A stretch of 39,082 nucleotides of DNA. It comes from a virus (lineage: Duplodnaviria; Caudoviricetes). The DNA is taken from positions 1 to 39,082 of the IMG/VR virus record IMGVR_UViG_3300027653_000032; one strand, given 5' to 3'. The notes beneath the pieces are model-generated. The model saw only the letters and a list, made by a program, of their open reading frames with translations. It made no database searches and was not told where the DNA came from. This document shows, piece after piece, positions 35,401-39,082 of the stretch (position 1 is its first letter; each line of letters opens with the position of its first letter). Both the position numbers and the translations under genes were made by a program.

Positions 35401-35613
35401 ATGGAAAGATTAACAGTAGTTGTACAGGATGATTTGCAGGCAATTAAGGCAGTGGAGGTAAGCAACAAGGAACAGGCAAAAGAGACAGCGGAAAGGCTAG
35501 CAAAGGAACATAACGACAAGCAAGTATTTATCGAGTACTTTAGAGAGTCAGACGGACAACGAGGATACATCAACAAAGACGGATTTGCACTAACAGGTAA
35601 AAGTTGGGCATAA
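35401..35613 (+). CDS. small hypothetical protein
   Basis: 70 aa, AAAGGAGG RBS. Confidence 0.8.
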   Translation: MERLTVVVQDDLQAIKAVEVSNKEQAKETAERLAKEHNDKQVFIEYFRESDGQRGYINKDGFALTGKSWA

Positions 35614-35719
35614 AAATAGGGCGGTTGATCGGACCGCCCCACCCTTTCCGTATCGGAAAAATTTTAAACTTAATTTCAATCCACTCACTTAATGGTGAGA
35701 CAAACCGAACGGAGTCGGT
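35612..35719 (-). ncRNA. putative crRNA-like small RNA
   Basis: TTGATT(35754-49)-N17-TATCTT(35731-26) with TG; 5' ACCGACUCC; internal CRISPR-like repeat; terminator hairpin 35619-39 plus U tract. Confidence 0.6.
35673..35701 (-). CRISPR. solitary type I-C-like CRISPR repeat (no array, no cas operon)
   Basis: GTCTCACCATTAAGTGAGTGGATTGAAAT = GT + CTCAC/GTGAG hairpin + TGGATTGAAAT handle typical of I-C repeats. Confidence 0.75.
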
Positions 35720-35768
35720 AAATAAAAGATAACATATCGACTCCTAAAAATCAATAGGAGGAAATAAA

Positions 35769-36188
35769 ATGATTTTAACTTATAACGATCGGCATGTTAG
35801 GGACATTAAATTTGATGAAAGTTTGAGCGTAGAGGAGGTTATCGAGAATATCGACTTAGAAGAAATTAGAGACGTCCTTGGTTTAGATAATTTAGATAAT
35901 AGTAAATTTAAGTTAATTGCTTTATCTAATAAAGAATGGGTTGGTAACAAGTACACGGTAAAAGTAAGAGTTAATGATATGAGTATATATAAAGGGCTTA
36001 AAAACTATGTTATTGATGCGGTATATAAAGAAAAACCTGACGTAATAGTGGGCGGTGGATTTCCGCAATTTACGGAACAAGTGATAGAAGCAATAGAAGA
36101 ACTTAAAAGTGAAGATGTTGATGAGTGGGTGGAAAGACGATTAAAAGAAAATGAGGATTTTATGAGGAGTAGATGGCCTTTCCAATAA
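35769..36188 (+). CDS. acidic hypothetical protein
   Basis: 139 aa, TAGGAGG RBS. Confidence 0.8.
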   Translation: MILTYNDRHVRDIKFDESLSVEEVIENIDLEEIRDVLGLDNLDNSKFKLIALSNKEWVGNKYTVKVRVNDMSIYKGLKNYVIDAVYKEKPDVIVGGGFPQFTEQVIEAIEELKSEDVDEWVERRLKENEDFMRSRWPFQ

Positions 36189-36273
36189 AAAAAGGCGAGT
36201 GATCAGCCTCGCCCCACCAACCCCAAACACCACGCCAAAAGGCGACCATGCAATTAAGCAATATGGAGTCGGT
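36187..36273 (-). ncRNA. second putative small RNA, paralogous ends
   Basis: TATAAT(36285-80), 5' ACCGACUCC at same 6-nt spacing, terminator 36194-213 plus U7; no clear -35. Confidence 0.5.
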
Positions 36274-36303
36274 AAATACATTATAATAAAAGGAGAATGT
36301 AAA

Positions 36304-36522
36304 ATGATTAAAGTAAAAAACGATTGGACATGGGTAGTAGAAAGAGTCAATCGGGAGTTGAACGGTAATACGGAGTTAGAGGAAAAGGTTTATCAGTACA
36401 TGGACGAAAAAAACATTGACTTAGATAGAGTTAAAGAAATGTATCAAGACGGAATAGAGCATGGTGAGGAAAACGGAAAGTATCTAACTTTTGAAAATTG
36501 GTTTAATGAATTTACTAATTAA
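36304..36522 (+). CDS. small acidic hypothetical protein
   Basis: ATG 36304 behind AAAGGAG; 72 aa. Confidence 0.75.
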   Translation: MIKVKNDWTWVVERVNRELNGNTELEEKVYQYMDEKNIDLDRVKEMYQDGIEHGEENGKYLTFENWFNEFTN

Positions 36523-36616
36523 TAAGATTTAAAAAATGAAACAGGGAGAGGGAGCAGGCGATAAAGCCTAGCTCCTAAAGTAAAAATTAGGAGGAAAAAG
36601 AAATGGGAGTGTTATT

Positions 36617-36781
36617 TTGAAAGAAGAGTTAAGAAAATCAAAAGAAAGGGAAAAACATTACAGAGAAGCCCTTAAAGAAATAAAATACATCTCCAGTCAC
36701 AGCAACAAAAAAGACGAAAGACTAGAGATGATCCAAAGAGTAACAACAGTTGCATTAAATACATTTAAAGAGCAGGCATAA
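36617..36781 (+). CDS. 54-aa hypothetical protein (not in ORF track)
   Basis: TTG start behind GGAG, overlapping stop of mini-ORF MGVLF (36603-20); contains EKHYREALKEI. Confidence 0.5.
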   Translation: MKEELRKSKEREKHYREALKEIKYISSHSNKKDERLEMIQRVTTVALNTFKEQA

Positions 36782-36798
36782 CAGCCCGCTCTTTTTTT
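36767..36798. terminator. intrinsic terminator between accessory locus and endolysin
   Basis: aaagagcaggc-ataaca-gcccgctcttt plus T run. Confidence 0.7.
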
Positions 36799-36801
36799 GT
36801 T

Positions 36802-37779
36802 TTACAGCAAATCAGACTTGCGTACCCAGCTGTACAACTCTTTAATAAGCACATCGTTTTTGCCGACTTGCTGAATTGTGTACGACTTGTTTTTGTACTT
36901 GCTCGGGATCGTCACGTTTGCCCGACTATATTTTTTAGCGGACTGTTTAATCTTAACCTTTTGGCCAACTTTAAATGATTTTTTAGGCTTGGTTGCTTTA
37001 CTGTTTGTCTTTTTGCCACGTAAAGCATTTAACAGACGTGTATTTTGACTTGCTGTACCTTTATAATTTTTAATCCCGTGCTTAGACGCTAGTTTTTTGC
37101 GGTGTGCAAATGATGATGGTTGTCCGATAGATTTTAGGTAATCAACTATACTGCCGCCTGTATATGTCGATTTACTTGATGATTTAGTAGTACTTGATTT
37201 AGTCGTTGTTTTGTTTGTTTTTTTACGTAAATTAAAGTAACGAGCAATAGCATCAGCTATATTTTTGCCTGCTCGGTTTAACACTTTATTGTCACGTAAC
37301 TTTTTGATGTCAATCGTGCTATCCATAAAACCGCCCTCGATTAAAATGGCGGGCATTCGAGATTCTCTTAACATATGGAAATTAGCGCTCTTGATACCTC
37401 TATCTCTTAATCCATATGCTTTAACAACACTTGGATGTATCGCTTGAGCAAGTTGCTTTCCTTTCGTTGACCCAGGATAGTGATAGGTTTCTGTTCCCGT
37501 CCAGTTACCCCATTTGCCCGTGTTAGCATTATGGTGACAGCTAACAAGAATGTCTGCATTAGCGTTGTTTGCCTTGTTTGTACGCTCCCTCAAAGGCACA
37601 TCACGTTTACCAGTCGGATCATCTAATCTTACGGTTTTAACACCTCTATATTTTTTAAGATTATCAATAATTGATTGAGCAACAATAGAGTTAAAGCTCC
37701 ACTCTCTCTCATCGTCCGGTGTACGCTTGCCAGGTGTATTAATCCCATGCCCTGCATCAATAGCAACTACTTTTGTCAT
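36802..37779 (-). CDS. endolysin, N-acetylmuramoyl-L-alanine amidase (Amidase_3) with C-terminal cell-wall binding domains
   Basis: IDAGHG, E, S.H.NA, ILIE.GFMD; SIVDYL...SSF..R..LA...GI..Y.GTA.QN module. Confidence 0.93.
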   Translation of the reverse strand: MTKVVAIDAGHGINTPGKRTPDDEREWSFNSIVAQSIIDNLKKYRGVKTVRLDDPTGKRDVPLRERTNKANNANADILVSCHHNANTGKWGNWTGTETYHYPGSTKGKQLAQAIHPSVVKAYGLRDRGIKSANFHMLRESRMPAILIEGGFMDSTIDIKKLRDNKVLNRAGKNIADAIARYFNLRKKTNKTTTKSSTTKSSSKSTYTGGSIVDYLKSIGQPSSFAHRKKLASKHGIKNYKGTASQNTRLLNALRGKKTNSKATKPKKSFKVGQKVKIKQSAKKYSRANVTIPSKYKNKSYTIQQVGKNDVLIKELYSWVRKSDLL

Positions 37780-38168
37780 TACTTATCATCTCCTTTTAAT
37801 GTATCAACTGCCCTACGTAAAACATCGGGAATAGGTAAGTCCGTCTTAGCTGCTGTTTCCAAAATACTCAAAAGCTCGTTAGCAATGTAGAAAAAGATAA
37901 CCGTATCCCTAATGAGTGACTTGTCACCAATTACCATATCCACGTGATGGGCTACCGCAACAAGTACTAAAATAGCGACCTTTTTAGCAATCCCACGAAA
38001 TCCTATGCGACTATTTAACTCTCCGTATGCACCTGCCACAAAGATAGCAAATACATAATCTAATACGATAAACATCACTAAAGTTTGTACCAATGCAGAC
38101 CAACCTCCCCATAAAAAAGAGGCTAGTCCGCCTCCAAATCCAACAAGTATTTTTATTGCATTATCCAA
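37779..38168 (-). CDS. phage holin (toxin-secretion / Phage_holin_4 type)
   Basis: GGW, LDY, LNSRIGFRGIAKK, FYIANE.LSILE. Confidence 0.92.
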   Translation of the reverse strand: MDNAIKILVGFGGGLASFLWGGWSALVQTLVMFIVLDYVFAIFVAGAYGELNSRIGFRGIAKKVAILVLVAVAHHVDMVIGDKSLIRDTVIFFYIANELLSILETAAKTDLPIPDVLRRAVDTLKGDDK

Positions 38169-38195
38169 CTTTAAACCTCCTCATAAAAAATAAGC

Positions 38196-38348
38196 CTACT
38201 CGGCTTTTTCTTCTTTCATCTCTTTCAACTGTTTATTTAGTTCGTCGTTCAGCGCCTGTTCTTGCGCTAATTGTATTTCTAAATTGGCGATTTTACTCGC
38301 TAAACGACCAATAACTTGATTAGCGTCCACATTTACATTTCGATTCAA
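38196..38348 (-). CDS. 50-aa coiled-coil protein (not in ORF track)
   Basis: TTG start behind GAAAGGA; VDANQVIGRLASKIANLEIQLAQEQA. Confidence 0.6.
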   Translation of the reverse strand: MNRNVNVDANQVIGRLASKIANLEIQLAQEQALNDELNKQLKEMKEEKAE

Positions 38349-39082
38349 TTTCGTCAATCCTTTCTTTTAAATCTCTTACAATCGGTAATAATAAAGTCCA
38401 AAGCCTTTCATACTGAACACCGTCAACATTCCCTTTATCGTCATAGGTAACAAACTCACCTAATCCTGCTTCTTCTACTTCCTCGGCAATTAAGCCCGGA
38501 ATTCTTTCAAGGTGTTCTACCTCATCAAAACTTACTTTTTCGCCATTATATTGTCTGGTTAATAGCTCAGCAATTTCTTCTGTGTTTTTCTTATCATACC
38601 AACTTTTAGGACTTAATTTTAAGATGTTATAAGGATCTGATTTCACGTCTTCTATTGCGAGTTTATAGCGTTTGGAAGAAGATACAAATCCAAACCTTCC
38701 GGTAGTAGCTCCTACCGCTGCACGACCAGCCCAGGTAACAGGATTATCTCTAGTAGGAATTGATATGATTTCACCACTGTTATTTAATTGAAAATCATCT
38801 CTATAGCTACTTTTATTGTTGTGACTTCTTATTGTAAATACCCTACCGGTCGCCCTATTTCCGTAAATGTAAAGGTAACCATTATTCGAGCTCTCCGAAA
38901 TCATATGCCCACTTGGAAATTCAAGTGCGTTAGATGTGCCCGATGCATTTTCTAGTTTGAGTGAGCCAGAAACATCTACGTGCCCATTTAAATCTATATC
39001 GTACGCCACTATATCTATCCACTCATAGCCCTCATAAGAAAAAATACTTAACCATCCGCTGTCCGACAAACTAATTCCGCTT
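38320..39082 (-). CDS. tail fibre/spike C-terminus with intramolecular chaperone (peptidase S74-like); 5' truncated by window edge
   Basis: SS.RYK..I, GLIAEEV, V.YERL..LL...V..L coiled-coil end. Confidence 0.85.
   Translation of the reverse strand, partial: SGISLSDSGWLSIFSYEGYEWIDIVAYDIDLNGHVDVSGSLKLENASGTSNALEFPSGHMISESSNNGYLYIYGNRATGRVFTIRSHNNKSSYRDDFQLNNSGEIISIPTRDNPVTWAGRAAVGATTGRFGFVSSSKRYKLAIEDVKSDPYNILKLSPKSWYDKKNTEEIAELLTRQYNGEKVSFDEVEHLERIPGLIAEEVEEAGLGEFVTYDDKGNVDGVQYERLWTLLLPIVRDLKERIDEIESKCKCGR

Noticed and set aside
35612-36273. Conventional CRISPR array
   Set aside because: Only one recognisable repeat; the second repeat-like element is over 500 bp away, degenerate and separated by a gene
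36199-36303. N-terminal extension of ORF 36199-36522
   Set aside because: Overlaps the terminator/sRNA element; the RBS supports ATG 36304

Overview
This window is a segment of a temperate tailed-phage genome infecting a low-GC Gram-positive host, most likely Bacillaceae (sigmaA promoters, YopX and 3D-domain genes, Bacillus-like tRNA-Ser att core). Phage genes lie on both sides of a half-tRNA, so the sequence appears to be in the excised/attP configuration. Most genes are on the minus strand. From right to left: tail fibre with intramolecular chaperone, holin and amidase; a plus-strand AT-rich accessory locus; attP (3' half of tRNA-Ser(GGA)) and tyrosine integrase; a replication module (short initiator with iterons, DnaC, DnaB, primase, SSB, PolA, Cas4-like nuclease, RuvC); nucleotide metabolism (class II RNR, dUTPase, dNMP kinase); and a ~12-kb methylation island with six DNA methyltransferases plus an intact SAM synthetase (MetK), interrupted by counter-oriented sigmaA cassettes. 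The strongest unexplained signal is between attP and the lysin. Small, mostly acidic ORFs sit with an unannotated ribbon-helix-helix gene and operator-bearing promoters. They are interleaved with two paralogous antisense small-RNA units, one carrying a solitary type I-C CRISPR repeat followed by a spacer-length segment and a hairpin (candidate RNA anti-CRISPR or crRNA mimic). All calls come from reading the sequence by eye; no searches were run.
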